A stretch of 64,000 nucleotides of DNA from the human T2T-CHM13v2.0 reference genome, Homo sapiens, in NCBI RefSeq assembly GCF_009914755.1, contig NC_060937.1. One strand, 5' to 3'. Positions 37,120 through 49,689 of the stretch are shown here, in pieces; position 1 is the stretch's first letter; each line of letters opens with the position of its first letter. Below the pieces are notes generated by a model. It searched no databases, was not told where the DNA came from, and saw nothing but the letters and a program-made list of their open reading frames with translations. The translations under genes were made by a program, and so were the position numbers.

Positions 37120-38520
37120 TTATTTTTTAAACTTTTTATTTGAGAACAATACTTACAGAAAAGTTGCAATGAAAATACAAAGAACACTTATACACTTTAC
37201 CCAGATTCACTACGTGTGTTAATATTATACCAATTCTTTAATTATTTTTTCTCACACATATATTTATATGTATACTTATATACCTCTACACTTATTTGTA
37301 TATGCATTTTTTACATATTTGTATGTTTACAACATATAATATATACACATTCTCATATACTCGTATATAACCTGCTGTCTGAGATCTAATTCATCAAATG
37401 ACCCAATAATATCTTTACTAGGATTTGTTTCCCTTCAGGACGGGCTCCAGTTAAGATGAGGATTGCAGTTAGCTGTCATGCCTCTTTAGTGTCCTTTATT
37501 CTGAAACTTTTTCACAGCATTTCTTCTTACTGTTATATTAACCTTGTGAACAATATAACCCTCCCTTTTTAGAAGATGATTCCTCATTTTGGATTTGTCT
37601 GCAGTTTTCCCGTGACCAGAAACAGGCTGTGTTCCTGAATGCGATAGTACCAACGTGACGCTGCGGTAGTACCGACATGATGCTGGGTTGTATTCAGGGC
37701 CTCGCAGCTGGGGACGCACAATGTCCCTCATCAGTGCTGCTGATGTTGTTAAGATGTCAACTTGGTGTCCAGTTTCTCCATGATAAAATTACGTGTTTTC
37801 TCTTGCAATCAATAATCTGTGGGAAATATCCTAAGTTCTGAAAACTATAAAAATATCCCATGCTTCATCAAGATTTCCCCTGAAATTTGGCATCCACTGA
37901 TGCTTCTTACCTGAACTAAGGCTTACTGTGATGAGTGAAAAATCATGATTCTCTCACTCCCATCTTTTCTCCATGTTTAGCAGGTCAACACCTGGTGCTC
38001 CAGTGTGAGCAAGAGCCCCCCTCCTTCCTCCTACTTTCTCCATGTTTAGCAGGTCAACACCTGGTGCTCCAGTGTGAACAAGAGCCCCCCTCCTTCCTCC
38101 TACTTTCTCCATGTTTAGCAGGTCAACACCTGGTGCTCCAGTGTGAGCAAGAGCCCCCCTCCTTCCTCCTACTAAGGTATGTCTTCGTTTAATGCTCTTT
38201 ATTATCCGTAAAAGCACATGGATTCTTAATTGTTCAATGGGTAATTTAGTATGTTTTTTAGTTCTCTTGGTGCTCAAACTGTCCCAAATTTAGCCAGCAT
38301 AAGTCCCTTCAAATTTCTCCCCGTAGTTTTACAAAATGCCCCATCAATCCTTTGAACACTTCCTTAATATATGGCATAGAAAGGTATTCCAGGCTCGTCT
38401 TGCAGTTTTCCTGTCCCAGCCCTGGAATTGGCTATTTCTCTCAGAAGCCCTGGTTCCTTTTAGTGGGGAAGAGTATTGACGATCTGGGTCTCAGATGTGC
38501 TTACTGCTGTTGGGGTATCT
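37120..38520 (-). mobile_element. L1MC-type fragment
   Basis: ACTTACAGAAAAGTTGCAA...TTTACCCAGATTCAC; CCAGCCCTGGAAT..GCTATTTCTC..AGAAGCCCTGGTTCCTTTTAGTGG typical of reverse L1MC 3' ends. Confidence 0.7.
37966..38173. repeat. 69-bp tandem repeat, 3 near-identical copies
   Basis: TTCTCCATGTTTAGCAGGTCAACACCTGGTGCTCCAGTGTG.GCAAGAGCCCCCCTCCTTCCTCCTACT; 23-aa period in the ORF track. Confidence 0.97.
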
Positions 38521-39014
38521 TTGCTTATAGGTATAGTCAGAGAAGTGTCCCCCTCCTGCATTACTTCTACTCTGTTCTCTCTACCCTCCTAGATAACCAA
38601 CTAGATTGTTTGCTGTTTTTTTAATCTTATGTTTCTTTTTGCAAAACTATACACCTGTGTGTTTTTATCTTACATATATTTTTCTTACATGAAGGTAGCA
38701 TATGCTTTCATGCATTTTCCTTTTATCCTTTAATAATAGCTCTTGGAAACTGCTCTACTTCCTTTTGCAGAGATCAACCTCATTCATTTTTATAGTTTCG
38801 AAATACTCCATTGTGTGTATGTACTGTAGTTTATTCAGCCAATCGTCTATGCTTGGACACTTCAGTAATTCCAAACGATTGCAGTAAAAGTCATGCTACA
38901 AGTTACGCCCTCATGCATGTGTACTTTAGCGTGGTTGGAAGAGGTTTTTCCAGGGAATTTCCCAGAAGTGGGGTTGCTAGAATGAGGGTAAATGGAAATG
39001 CAATATTGCTTTCT

Positions 39015-39311
39015 AGCCAGGCACAATGGCTCATGCCTGTAATCCCACCACTTTGGAGGGCCAAGGCGGGCTAATCACTTGAGGTTAGGAGTTCGAGACC
39101 AACGTGGCCAACATGGTGAAACCCCGTCTCTACTAAAAATACAAAAAAATTTAGCCAGGCGCAGTGGCGGGCTCCTGTAATCCCAGTTAGTTACTCACAA
39201 GGCTGAGACAGCAGAATGGCTTGAATCCGAGAGGCAGAAGGGAGCTGAGATCGCGCCACTGCACTCCAGCGCAGGCAACAAGAGCAAAACTCCATGTAAA
39301 AAAATAAAAAA
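39015..39311 (+). mobile_element. AluS
   Basis: Full Alu dimer with A-rich tail. Confidence 0.92.
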
Positions 39312-39452
39312 CATATAATATATATATGTGTATATATGTGTATATATACACATGTATATATGTATATATGTATACATAAGTATATATGTATATGTGTATA
39401 TATGCATATGTGTGTTTATATGTATGTATATATGTATGTGTGTATATATGTA

Positions 39453-39498
<46 letters not shown>
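39312..39498. repeat. Compound (TA)/(TG) microsatellite
   Basis: Degenerate TATG run then a perfect (TG)n at about 39455-39497. Confidence 0.95.
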
Positions 39499-39500
<2 letters not shown>

Positions 39501-39981
39501 CTTTCCTTCATAGGGACTGTATCGTTTTGCATTCCCACCAAGAGTGCGTGAGTGGACTTTTCCCCCTACAGTTTCACTAGTTGTATGCACTGTCAAACGA
39601 TTTTTTTGCTCATCTGATGGGTAAGAGCCTGTATCGCAGTGTAGCTTTAATGTTCAGTTATCTTATTATGAGGGAACTTGAAAAATCTTTCCATATACTT
39701 TCAGGTTCTTTTATATGTCTGGTTGTAAATTGCCTTTTCCTATCTTTTGTTCATTCATATAGAAGTGCTGTTCATTTCCCTCTATTTTTAAAAATATTTT
39801 TTAAAAAGAGGATTAACATTTCCTCCTTTTGGAATTTAGGTTACCAATGTTTTGTTATAGTTTATTTGTCTTTCAACTTTGCCCTGTACAACATTTTATT
39901 GTTAAATAATCAGTTACCAGTGCTTATCACATCTGGATTTGAGTAAGAGTCAGAAGATCTCCCCTAGACCCAGGTTAAGAG

Positions 39982-40125
39982 GTACAGAGTTTCTGTCTGG
40001 GATGATGATAAAGTTCTGGAAACAGGTAGTGGTGGCAGTTGTAAACACTGTGAATGTACTTAATGACACTGAATTGCACGCTTAAAAATGATTAAAATGG
40101 TAAAGTTTATGTTATATGCATTTTT
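39982..40125 (+). mobile_element. L1MB-type 3' UTR fragment
   Basis: GTACAGAGTTTCTGT.TGGGATGATG..AAAGTTCTGGAAA...GTGAATGTACTTAATG.CACTGAATTG. Confidence 0.75.
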
Positions 40126-42093
40126 TAAAAGGTTAAATTCAACTTTTTTTGGTACTTGTATAATTTTGTTACATTTAGACCTTTGACACTTGGGATGATA
40201 TTCTTTTGAATGGTGTAAGGAACTGATCTAATTATGTATTTTTCTAAATTACTATTCAGTTGCCTCAACTTTATTTAGTGAAAAGACCATCTTTGCTGCA
40301 GTAATTTGAGTACAACCATTAGAGTATATCAGATTTCCATTGGAGATGGATCTATTTCTTGATTTTCTATTCTATCCCATTGGCCTTTTCATACACTAAT
40401 TCCACACTAATTTAGTTTTACAGGCTTTACAGTGTATTTTGATGAGGCAAAATCTAGTTTCTATTCAAAACATCTCCTTTTCTCCTATTTTTATTCTGAG
40501 TTTAATCAACAAAATTAAATACAGATATACTACATATATATAAATATTTATCTTTTTTCTGTTCTTATTTTTGTATTTATGGCTCACAGTGGCCTTTGTC
40601 TTTCCAAATGCTTCTTTGAGGATATTTAATTCACTTTGGAGTGTTGTGTTACAGATTTATTGTTTGTGTGCATGTATTTTTTAAATTGGGTAACAGCAAA
40701 AATGGTTTGCTTTACCTTAATTGTTTTAGGGTAGTTCCATTTGGGTGTGGTTTGTTTTTCCTCTTTGTATCCATTTTGCATGGATTTCAGTATGAACTTT
40801 TCTATTGGTTCTGCCCCCTGAATGTGCTGTTTTCTTATTGGACAATTGTGGAGAAGGATTAGTGCTTTTGTTTTGCTTTTGTCTCTGCAGGATACTCAGG
40901 TTTCACTTTTTTATTCTGTCCCTCAGGGCCTCCCTTCCCAGGGGTGCCCCTCTTTTCCTTATGTCTGACTCTCCCGTAGGTGAAACATGGGGCTTACCGC
41001 TTTTGGTCCTGCACATTTACAAGCCTCTTCCCTGCCTCCAGTCCCGTGAAGTATCTGTACCCTGCACCTCCTTCTGAGGTGAGATTGTCTGTGCTTTGTC
41101 TGAGTGCATCACTTCACTCTATTTTTTTTTTTCATGGAATCTTGTGGCATTGGGTGGGCAGTGGGAGCTCCAGTGGAATTAAAGGTAATATGAAGATCAC
41201 AGCCCTTGGTTTCTCAGTTATGTGGAGGGTGTGGATTACGAATATGGTTGCCCTTCTCGTGGATTTTATTATTTGTTCTTGGGAGGGATAGTGAAAATCA
41301 GGCTATTGCCACATTTTTTCCTGTTACAAATCCATAAGTTTGATTCACATTTACTTTTATTCTCAAGGTGACTTTATGATAATGATCAGAGGTTGTATGA
41401 GTGTTGAGGGAGCAGGAAGGGAAATTTGTGGACTATTACTGGGAAAGTTAACTCTCTGTAACCTCTTCCTCCGGCAGCACATGGATCTCACTCCCTAGGC
41501 TGGCTGGGGTGCAGTGTTGGAGTTTCACGCACATGCAGGGTCTTATACTCAAGATCCATAGAATCTAAGCACACAGCATTGCAAGGGGATCCCATGCTCC
41601 TGAACATGCTTTCTAGGTTCTTTCCAAGAAAGGACGCTAGTAACATCGTATTGGAACCTTTTCATATCTTTACAAACTTGTAGCAAATCAACCAAACTTT
41701 ATTGGAAGGCCTATTGTTTCTGTACACATTCAAAGTAGTTCCTTAAAGTGTTTAGTGTTTTTTACCAGTTTATTTTCATGAATCTTTTTTTAAACACACG
41801 TCTTAAGGATCATACCGTGTTTTTTGATGCTGCAGTTTTCCGTCTATCTAATTAGAGGACTCTTTCCAATACTCTCCCTGGTTCTGCATTTCCTCAGCCG
41901 CCATGAGCACATTCTATTCTATGGTCATTGGATCGGCATTTTAAATCCTGTTTGGCAGAAAGAGAGTTTCATGTTTAGGTCCAAGATGTAATGGGTCTCT
42001 CTAAAGGACAGCATGACATTTCCTGCGTAAAACAACTAAAATCCAGAATTCACTTCCTGGTCAATATCGTGGGGACTACCTAAGCAGCATGTG

Positions 42094-42095
<2 letters not shown>

Positions 42096-42129
<34 letters not shown>

Positions 42130-42138
42130 ACACACACA
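42096..42138. repeat. (CA)n microsatellite
   Basis: CA run with one interruption. Confidence 0.95.
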
Positions 42139-42164
42139 ACAGAAAAGTGAGTGATAATCGATTT

Positions 42165-42400
42165 TAAGGACTAACTCTGGAGCCAGACTAACTGGGCTCT
42201 GATTACAGCTATGATTACAGCTCTGGTGGTAACTAGCTTTACGATCTTGGGCACATTATTTAACCTCTTGTCCCTCAGTTGCTTCATCTGTAAAACCGAG
42301 ATAACAATTGCAATTATCTCATAAAATTATTGGAAGGAGTTAATGAATTAGTATCAGTAAAGTGATTGGAACAATTCCTGGCATATAATAAGCCCCACAT
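42165..42400. mobile_element. MIR
   Basis: ACTCTGGAGCCAGAC...CTTGGGCA..TTATTTAACCTCT...CCTCAGTT..TCATCTGTAAAA. Confidence 0.75.
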
Positions 42401-42607
42401 ATATGCTATATAAATGCTAGTTAAATGACTAGTTAAACACACAATGAAATGTAATAAAAGAAAATAAAATTAAAGATAATATATTACCAGTTGGGTAGAT
42501 GGCAACAGAGAGAATGAAGACAGAGATGAATAATCAGAGATCTCTTCAACCTGGAGAGATATTCCATTATACGACATGGTGACAACTTGAGTGGATTAAT
42601 ATGTATA

Positions 42608-42615
<8 letters not shown>

Positions 42616-42655
<40 letters not shown>
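42616..42655. repeat. (TA)n microsatellite
   Basis: Perfect TA run of about 20 units. Confidence 0.96.
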
Positions 42656-42658
<3 letters not shown>

Positions 42659-42841
42659 CCCACATTTAAGAAAAAAAGGGATTAAAACAGAAATCTGTAC
42701 CCATTCGAATTTTGCATAAAGAGAACCATGATGAGAAGGAATTACTGTACTTTGGTGTGCTCATAAAATTACTATATATTTATAATCATTTTTAAAAATA
42801 TGGACTTTAGATGACAATTTCTTAATATTGCACCTGTACAG

Positions 42842-43030
42842 AGACATTTGGAGAAACAAATTAAACCTTTATAGATAACCTTAAATATCTGAATATGTAT
42901 AGAGTTGAATGATGGGACAATTGAGGGAAGGGGTAGACAGACATTAGGAAAAACAAATTAAACCTTTATAGATAACCTTAAATATCTGAATACATGTCTA
43001 GTTGAATGATGGGACAGTGGAGGAAAGGGT
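42842..43030. repeat. 97-bp tandem duplication
   Basis: AGACATT.GGA.AAACAAATTAAACCTTTATAGATAACCTTAAATATCTGAATA at 42842 and 42939. Confidence 0.92.
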
Positions 43031-43459
43031 GTAGTGAGCACAGTTTGAATGATGGACAATGGAAGGAAGGGGTGTAGTGAGCATAGTCAGTTGGAATGAT
43101 AGACAATGGAAGGAAGGGTGTAGTAAGCATAGTCAGTTTGAATGATGGACAATGATAGGAAGGCTGTAGCGAGCATAGTCAGTTTGAATGATAGACAATA
43201 GAAGGAAGGGTGTAGTGAGCATAGTCAGTTTGAATGATGGACAATGATAGGAAGGGTGTAGTGAGCATAGTCAGTTTGAATGATGGACAATGGAGGGAAG
43301 GGGTGTAGTGAGCATAGTTTGAATGATGGACAATGGAAGGAAGGGTGTAGTGAGCATAGTCAGTTTGGATGATGGACAATGGAAGGAAGGGTGTAGTGAG
43401 CATAGTCAGTTTGAATGATGGGCAATGGAAGGAAGGGTGTAGTAAGCATAGTCAGTTTG
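43000..43459. repeat. 46-bp minisatellite, about 10 copies
   Basis: Unit GTTTGAATGATGGACAATGGAAGGAAGGGTGTAGTGAGCATAGTCA. Confidence 0.96.
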
Positions 43460-44866
43460 CATTTGAAAGTGATGCTGAAGTCCTCGTCATTGGGATGCCA
43501 GGGGGTCTAGGTCACAGAACATACAGAAACGTTTGTGTGTAAGTGTTGTGTGCATTTGCACATTTTTCATGGGGAAAAGTCCATCTGATGATCAAAAAAG
43601 TGTGTGTCCCGGCAAAGGTGCAGAAATTATTATCATTTGATTTTCTGGTTAATAGTATGTTAAAGTATTTTAAAGACAATCGACTACTCATCATTTCAAT
43701 AAGAGAAAATCTAAAAATTACCCATCTTGTATGAAACAAAGAAAAGAATCAGAGAAATTAAATATACACTTACTATTCCTTAAATGTTATTTTTCTTCCT
43801 TTTATTTCTCTTCTATATTCACTGTTGCGGCATTATATTGATTTTTGTTTTCTTTTTGTAATTTGGAAAGCAGCTATGTTCACTATTATATAAACAATGC
43901 TTGAGAGTTTTCTTATGTTGCTATTAAAGTTTGTGTTCAGGTAAATTACATTATCTAATGATTTCATTTCAAGGTAAAACACAAACAGTTTTATGTCTTA
44001 AAGAGGGCCTTGGTCTGATAGGAATGAGAACCACTCTGCCATGCCCTATGCGAACAATTCTAATTGGGTAAAATCTAATACTTTGCAAACTGTCCCAAGA
44101 GAGCTTACTGATTTTAGGGCAGAAGAAAAAGTTTCTATGTAGAACTCTATGTTTGAGAGGAGGAGAGGGGCTACAGCTAAGTATAGAGAAAAAAACAAGG
44201 TTCCATAATCAAGAAAGAAAAAGGTGGAATCTGAGTCTGTCTTTTTCGTCTTTACCTCTGTGTGTGTATGTTCTATACCATCATGTCTCATTTTTCTTTA
44301 TGTCTTAAAGGGCAATGTGTGCACACAGCAGGCATATATGTGTTAATTGATTCATACTCCACACAATCCCCATTTCTCTTGTTCTTATCCCACCCACAAT
44401 GGAGTTCAATAGAGCTAACAGTGGAAAAGATAATGAGTGGGTCTAAATTTAATCCCCTTTTGTTTAAGCTAATCTCCCTCTCTAATTAATGGCTGTTCAT
44501 ACCATTATTGCTCACGAATCTGGCGAAAGTTCTCTGCATCGGCGCAGGAAGCACTCTGTGAAATCATGTTGTCAAAGGGAACAGCATAGTCCAGTTCCCA
44601 TTGCATCCTTGGTGACTTTTGGCCTAATGAAAAAGGTGTGTGGAACATGGAAACCAGAAGGAGCCCTCTGCTGTTAGTGCAGAGCTCCTGCTCCTGGGTT
44701 GCATTCTAGCTTTCGTCACACATTTTAAAATCCAAATGTAAGAATGATGTACCTTTGAAAAGACAGTGGGTTACAATGAGGGACTGAAGGAGTGGGCAGG
44801 GTCAAGTAGGGAGGGAAGAGAGAGAAGGCACAAGAGGAGCTGTGAGGAAATATCTCCCAGCCTCCA

Positions 44867-46173
44867 CCCTCACCCTCCCTGAGCTTCCGCAGGGCTGAGG
44901 CTTCCTCTGCTGAGCTCGCGCCCTCACCCTCCCTGAGCTTCCGCTTCCGCAGAGCTGAGGCTTCCTCTGCTGAGCTTGTGCCCTCACCCTCTCCGAGCTT
45001 CCGCAGGGCTGAGGCTTCCTCTGCTGAGCTCGCGCCCTCGCCTTCCCTGAGCTTCGACAGGGCTGAGACTTCCTCTGCTGAGCTTGCGCCCTCGCCCTCC
45101 GTGAGCTTCCGCAGGGCTGAGGCTTCCTCTGCTAAGCTGGCGCCCTCGCCCTCCCTGACCTTCCGCTTCGGCAAGATTGAGGCTTCCTCTGCTCAGCTTG
45201 CGCCCTCCCCCTCCCGGAGTTTGGACAGGACTGACGCTTCCTCCGCTGAGCTTGCGCCCTCACCCTCCCTGAGCTTCCGCTTCCGCAGGGCTGAGGCTCC
45301 GTCTGCTGAGCTTGCACCCTCACCCTCCCTGAGCTTCCGCTTCCGCTTCCGCAGGACTGAGGCTTCCTCTGCTGAGCTTGTGCCTTCACCTTCCCTGAGC
45401 TTCCGCTTTGGCAGGGCTGAGGCTTCCTCTGCTGAGCTTGTGCCCTTACCCTCCGTGAGCTTCCGCAGGGCTGAGGGCTCCTCCACGGGGCTGAGGGTTC
45501 CTCCGCTGAGCTTGCGCCTTCATCCTCCGTGAGCTTCCGCAGGGCTGAGAGTTCCTCTGCTGAGCTTGCGCCCTCACCCTCCCTGAGCTTCTGAAGGGCT
45601 GAGGCTTCCTCTGCTGAGCTTGCGCCCTCACCCTCCCTGAGCTTCTGAAGGGCTGAGGCTTCCTCTGCTGAGCTCGCCCCCTCACCCTCCCTGAGCTTCC
45701 GCTTCCCCAGGGCTGCGGCTTCCTCTGCTGAGCTCGCACCCTCACCCTCCCTGAGCTTCCGCAGGGCTGAAGCCTCCTCTGCTGAGCTCGCGCCCTCACC
45801 CTCCCTGAGCTTCGGCGGGGCTGAGGCCACCTCTGCTGAGCTCGCGCCCTCATCCTCCCTGAGCTTTGGCGGGGCTGAGGCCTCCTCTGCTGAGCTCGCG
45901 CCCTTACCCTCCCTGAGCTTTGGCGGGGCTGAGGCTTCCTCTGCTGAGCTCGCGCCCTCACCCTCCCTGAGCTTCGGCGGGGCTGAGGGCCTCCTCTGCT
46001 GAGCTCGCGCCCTCACCCTCCCTGAGCTTCCGCAGGGTTGAGGCCTCCTCTGCTGAGCTCGCGCCCTCACCCTCCCTGAGCTTCGGGGGGGCTGAGGGCC
46101 TCCTCTGCTGAGCTCGCGCCCTCACCCTCCCTGAGCTTCCGCAGGGCTGAGGCTTCCTCTGCTGAGCTTGCGC
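44867..46173. repeat. GC/CpG-rich 54-bp VNTR, about 23 copies
   Basis: Unit CCCTCACCCTCCCTGAGCTTCCGCAGGGCTGAGGCTTCCTCTGCTGAGCTCGCG with 55, 60 and 66-bp variants. Confidence 0.97.
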
Positions 46174-46675
46174 ACTTGGAGAAGCCCCCTCTGGGTGGTG
46201 ATTTGTGTGCTGCAGTTCACTCCCACAGTTTGACACACACACGCACACACACACTCAAAGTCGGCAAAGGCACCAGCAGCAGTACATACATGCTTTCCTA
46301 ATAGAATGCTGCTTTTAATAAACAGGCAACCTCTTACTCTTTTAGTTTTTGTGGACTTCATTGTTTAAAACTGTAAATAAACAAAGAACTCTGGATTCCT
46401 CATACATACTATTAAGTGTTAGTGTTTCCTTTACTGGAAGCCTTCAATGTATCAGAAACTGTGCAGGGTGATAGGGTACACAGAGGCCAAAGCCAAGGCT
46501 ACTGTCTTGCGGGAACTCTCAATCCAGGTACTTAGAGACGGCTGTGTATTGCGGACCTCAGCCACGGAGGGCTGAATTTCACAGAAATCTTGGTATATAT
46601 TTGTCACATGTGTTGCTTAATTAACATTTCCAAATAGTAATTTTAGTCACCTCTAGAATAATCTAATTATATGCA

Positions 46676-47455
46676 CAGTCACGTGTCACTTAATGAAGGG
46701 AATACGTTCTGAGAAATGCATCCTTAGGTGATTTTGCCGTTGTGTGAACATCATAGAGTGCACTCATACAAACCCAGACGGCACAGCCTCCTCCACACCC
46801 GGGCCACATGGTACAGCCTGTTGCTCCCGGGATACACACCTGCCCAGCAGGGGACGCTACTGAACACTGCAGGCAGCTGGAACATAATGGTACGTATTTA
46901 TGTATCTAAACATAATAAACAGAGAAAAGGTACAGTAAAAACATGGTATAAAAAGTGGAAAATGGTACACTTTTATAGGGCACTTACCACGAATGGAGCT
47001 AGCAGGACTGGAAGTTGCTGGGGTGAGTCTCTGAGTGAATGGCGAGTGGATGTGGAGGCCTGGGATGCTATTGTGCACCCCCTTATAAACACGACACTCA
47101 TGCTACACTAAATTTATAAGAAATACTTTTTCTTCCTTCAATAATGATTAACCTTTGCTTACTGTAATGTCAAACTTTTTAATTACAAAAATGACTCTTA
47201 ATTACACTTAGCTTAAAATGCAAACACATTGTACAGCTGTACAAAAATATTTTCTTTCTTTATATCTTTATTCTTTCAGCCTTTTTGTATTTAATTTTTT
47301 TTTGACTCTGTAAACTAGCTCATCATAAACGAAGTCACAAACACCTACATTAGCCTAGGCCTACACAGGGTCGGGATCATCAATAGCACTGCCTTCCACC
47401 TCCACATCTTGTCCCACTGGAAGGTCTTCAGGGTGATAACATGCATGGACCTGTC
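46676..47455 (+). mobile_element. Tigger3 (MER7/Golem) DNA transposon fragment
   Basis: TIR-like CAGTCACGTGTCACTTAATGAAGGGAATACGTTCTGAGAAATGCATC; internal CATTAGCCTAGGCCTACACAGGGTC. Confidence 0.85.
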
Positions 47456-48105
47456 ACAGTGGATGTGAATATGCACCACTCATACTGTGGGTGAAAATGC
47501 TTTCCTAGGGCTATACACTAACCTTTACACTCAAATGCAGTAAGTTTTGTTAGCTGTATTGTTGAGCCCAGGGCTTGGGGACACGGTTACAAAGCACAGA
47601 CACTTGTGGGTTTTGATCATATGCATCTGGAAAAATACAATCACTTATTTGGGTAGACAAGTATTATTTGTGTGTTTTCCTTTTATAAACACTTATCAAA
47701 TGCCTACTCTTTGCTATTGTGTTGGTTTTGGTGATAGAAACCATATGGTCCCATCTTCAAAGAGTTTTCAGTCTAGGAGGGGAGGCAGCTTCACGAACAG
47801 TGATTGCTGCAGAATGTGGTCAGTGCATCGTCACGCATCCAGGCACAACCACGGCGTGATGCGGGGAGCGAGGAGCCAGGAAGTCGGGCAAAAGCATGGA
47901 AAGAAAGATCTTCGAAAAGGAGGGGGCCTGCAAAAGAACTGAAACATGAAGAGCCGTTGAAACAAAACTGACAGGCAATATGGTCAAGTTCCTGATGACC
48001 CAAATGATCACTCATTCAGGCAGTTTGGCTCACCAAGAACAGACCTGGGGGTGGCCTGGGAGCAGGTATCAGACTGCCACAGGTTAACATAGAGAAGCGA
48101 GGTGA

Positions 48106-48410
48106 TGCTGGATGCAGTGGGTCACGCCTGTAATTCCAGCATGTTGGGAAGCCAAGGCAGGAGGATCACTTGAGGCCAGGAATTGCAGACCAGCCTGGGC
48201 AACACGGTGTGATGTCGTCACTCCAAAAAATAAATAAAAGATTAGCTGGATGTGGTGGTACGTGCCTGTGGTCCCACCTACTTGGGAGGCTGAGGTGGGA
48301 GGATCATTTCAGCCCAGGAGTCCCAGGCTGCAGTGAGCCATCATCACGCTACTGCACGCCATCCTGGGCGGCAAAACAAGACCCCATACCTACAAAAAGA
48401 GAAAGAAAAA
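48106..48410 (+). mobile_element. AluJ
   Basis: GGAGGATCACTTGAGGCCAGGA...GGTGGGAGGATC..AGCCCAGGAG diagnostic of AluJ; A-rich tail. Confidence 0.88.
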
Positions 48411-49245
48411 AGAGAAAAGTGAGGTCATGCAGTGCAGGGGCCTTCCTGCAATCCTAGATCTTGATGACTCCTGGTGCTTCTGTTGTCAGGACACTCATTA
48501 AAACTCACCCCATGAGCCTCTTTTTCTACCACCGTCACCCCCTATGAGCTTCCTTTTATGCTACCATCTGCCACGATAAGCCTGTTTTTTCCACCATCAC
48601 ACCCATGAGCTTCTTGAGCTCAGGGACATGTCTCATTTGACTTGGCACCTATGTTTGCTATTACGATACTGTGTATTTATAAGGCACCACAATGTATGAT
48701 TGTTACATCAATAAATGATCAGCAAACCTTGAAGATTTAATTGGGAAAAAAAATCAGCTTCTGTGGCAAGTCAAGAGCCCACAGGAGGCAGCTACTGTGG
48801 TCAGTGCTGTTGAGACTGCAAGGCCTGAGGAGCTGGAACCATGACAGATTGGAAACAGTACCTCCTCCTACCACAGGCTTTATTCACAAGTATAATTTAT
48901 TTTTTCTGTGTAGGAGCTTGAGGGATTTCAGAGCATGATATCGAGTAAATGTATTTTACATGTTATTCCTTCCTTGGCATCATGGTTTGAGCCATTCAAA
49001 TGTCTTCATAATCAAAAGCATAATAAATTATGACTAAAACGGTGTACCTGTGAAAACGTCCTTCGCACTCTCCCCAGTTGGAGGCTGTGCTTTTACGGTC
49101 GCAGACAGCAGGGCTGTTTGTGAGAGCAGCAGGGCTCTGCAGCTGGAGCTGAGTCAGAAGACGCCTGGCCTGCACTGCGGAGGTGCGGAGACCACACAGG
49201 TCGGTGTGGCTCCATCGCAGCTAGAGGATTCTGGGACATAATATC

Positions 49246-49580
49246 CGCTCTGGACTGAATGTTTAAGTCCCTCCCAAATTCATGTTAAAACTCTAATCCC
49301 CAGGAAGACAGTATTAGGCGGCATGGCCTTTGGAAGGCGATTAGGCCAGGAAAGGCTTATTGCCCTTATAAAGGAGAGGGCTCCTGTCCCCTTCAGCCAC
49401 AAGAGGCCACAGTGAGAAGGCACCATCCAGAAGCCAGGACAGTAGCCCTCACCAGATGCCAAATCTCCCTGCACCTTGACCTTGGACTCCTTCACCTCCA
49501 CAACTGTGAGAAATAAATCCTTCATTGCTTATAAGCCACTCTGTCTATTGCATTCTGAGATAGAAATCCAAACAGACACA
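49246..49580 (+). mobile_element. MLT1A/B LTR
   Basis: TGGACTGAATGTT..GTCCC.CCCAAATTCATGTT...CCCTCACCAGA...GTGAGAAATAAAT. Confidence 0.8.
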
Positions 49581-49689
49581 GACCATATTGGTCGTATAAA
49601 GTGGAATCCAGCTGGCCCCATTGTCTTGGTCCTGCAGGGGCAACCACATGCCTGCCTCAGAGGCATCCTCTTCTGAGACAAGGTAGCAT

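Noticed and set aside
39195-39596. His/Thr/Tyr- and Cys/Val-rich ORFs
   Set aside because: Translation of the TA/TG microsatellite
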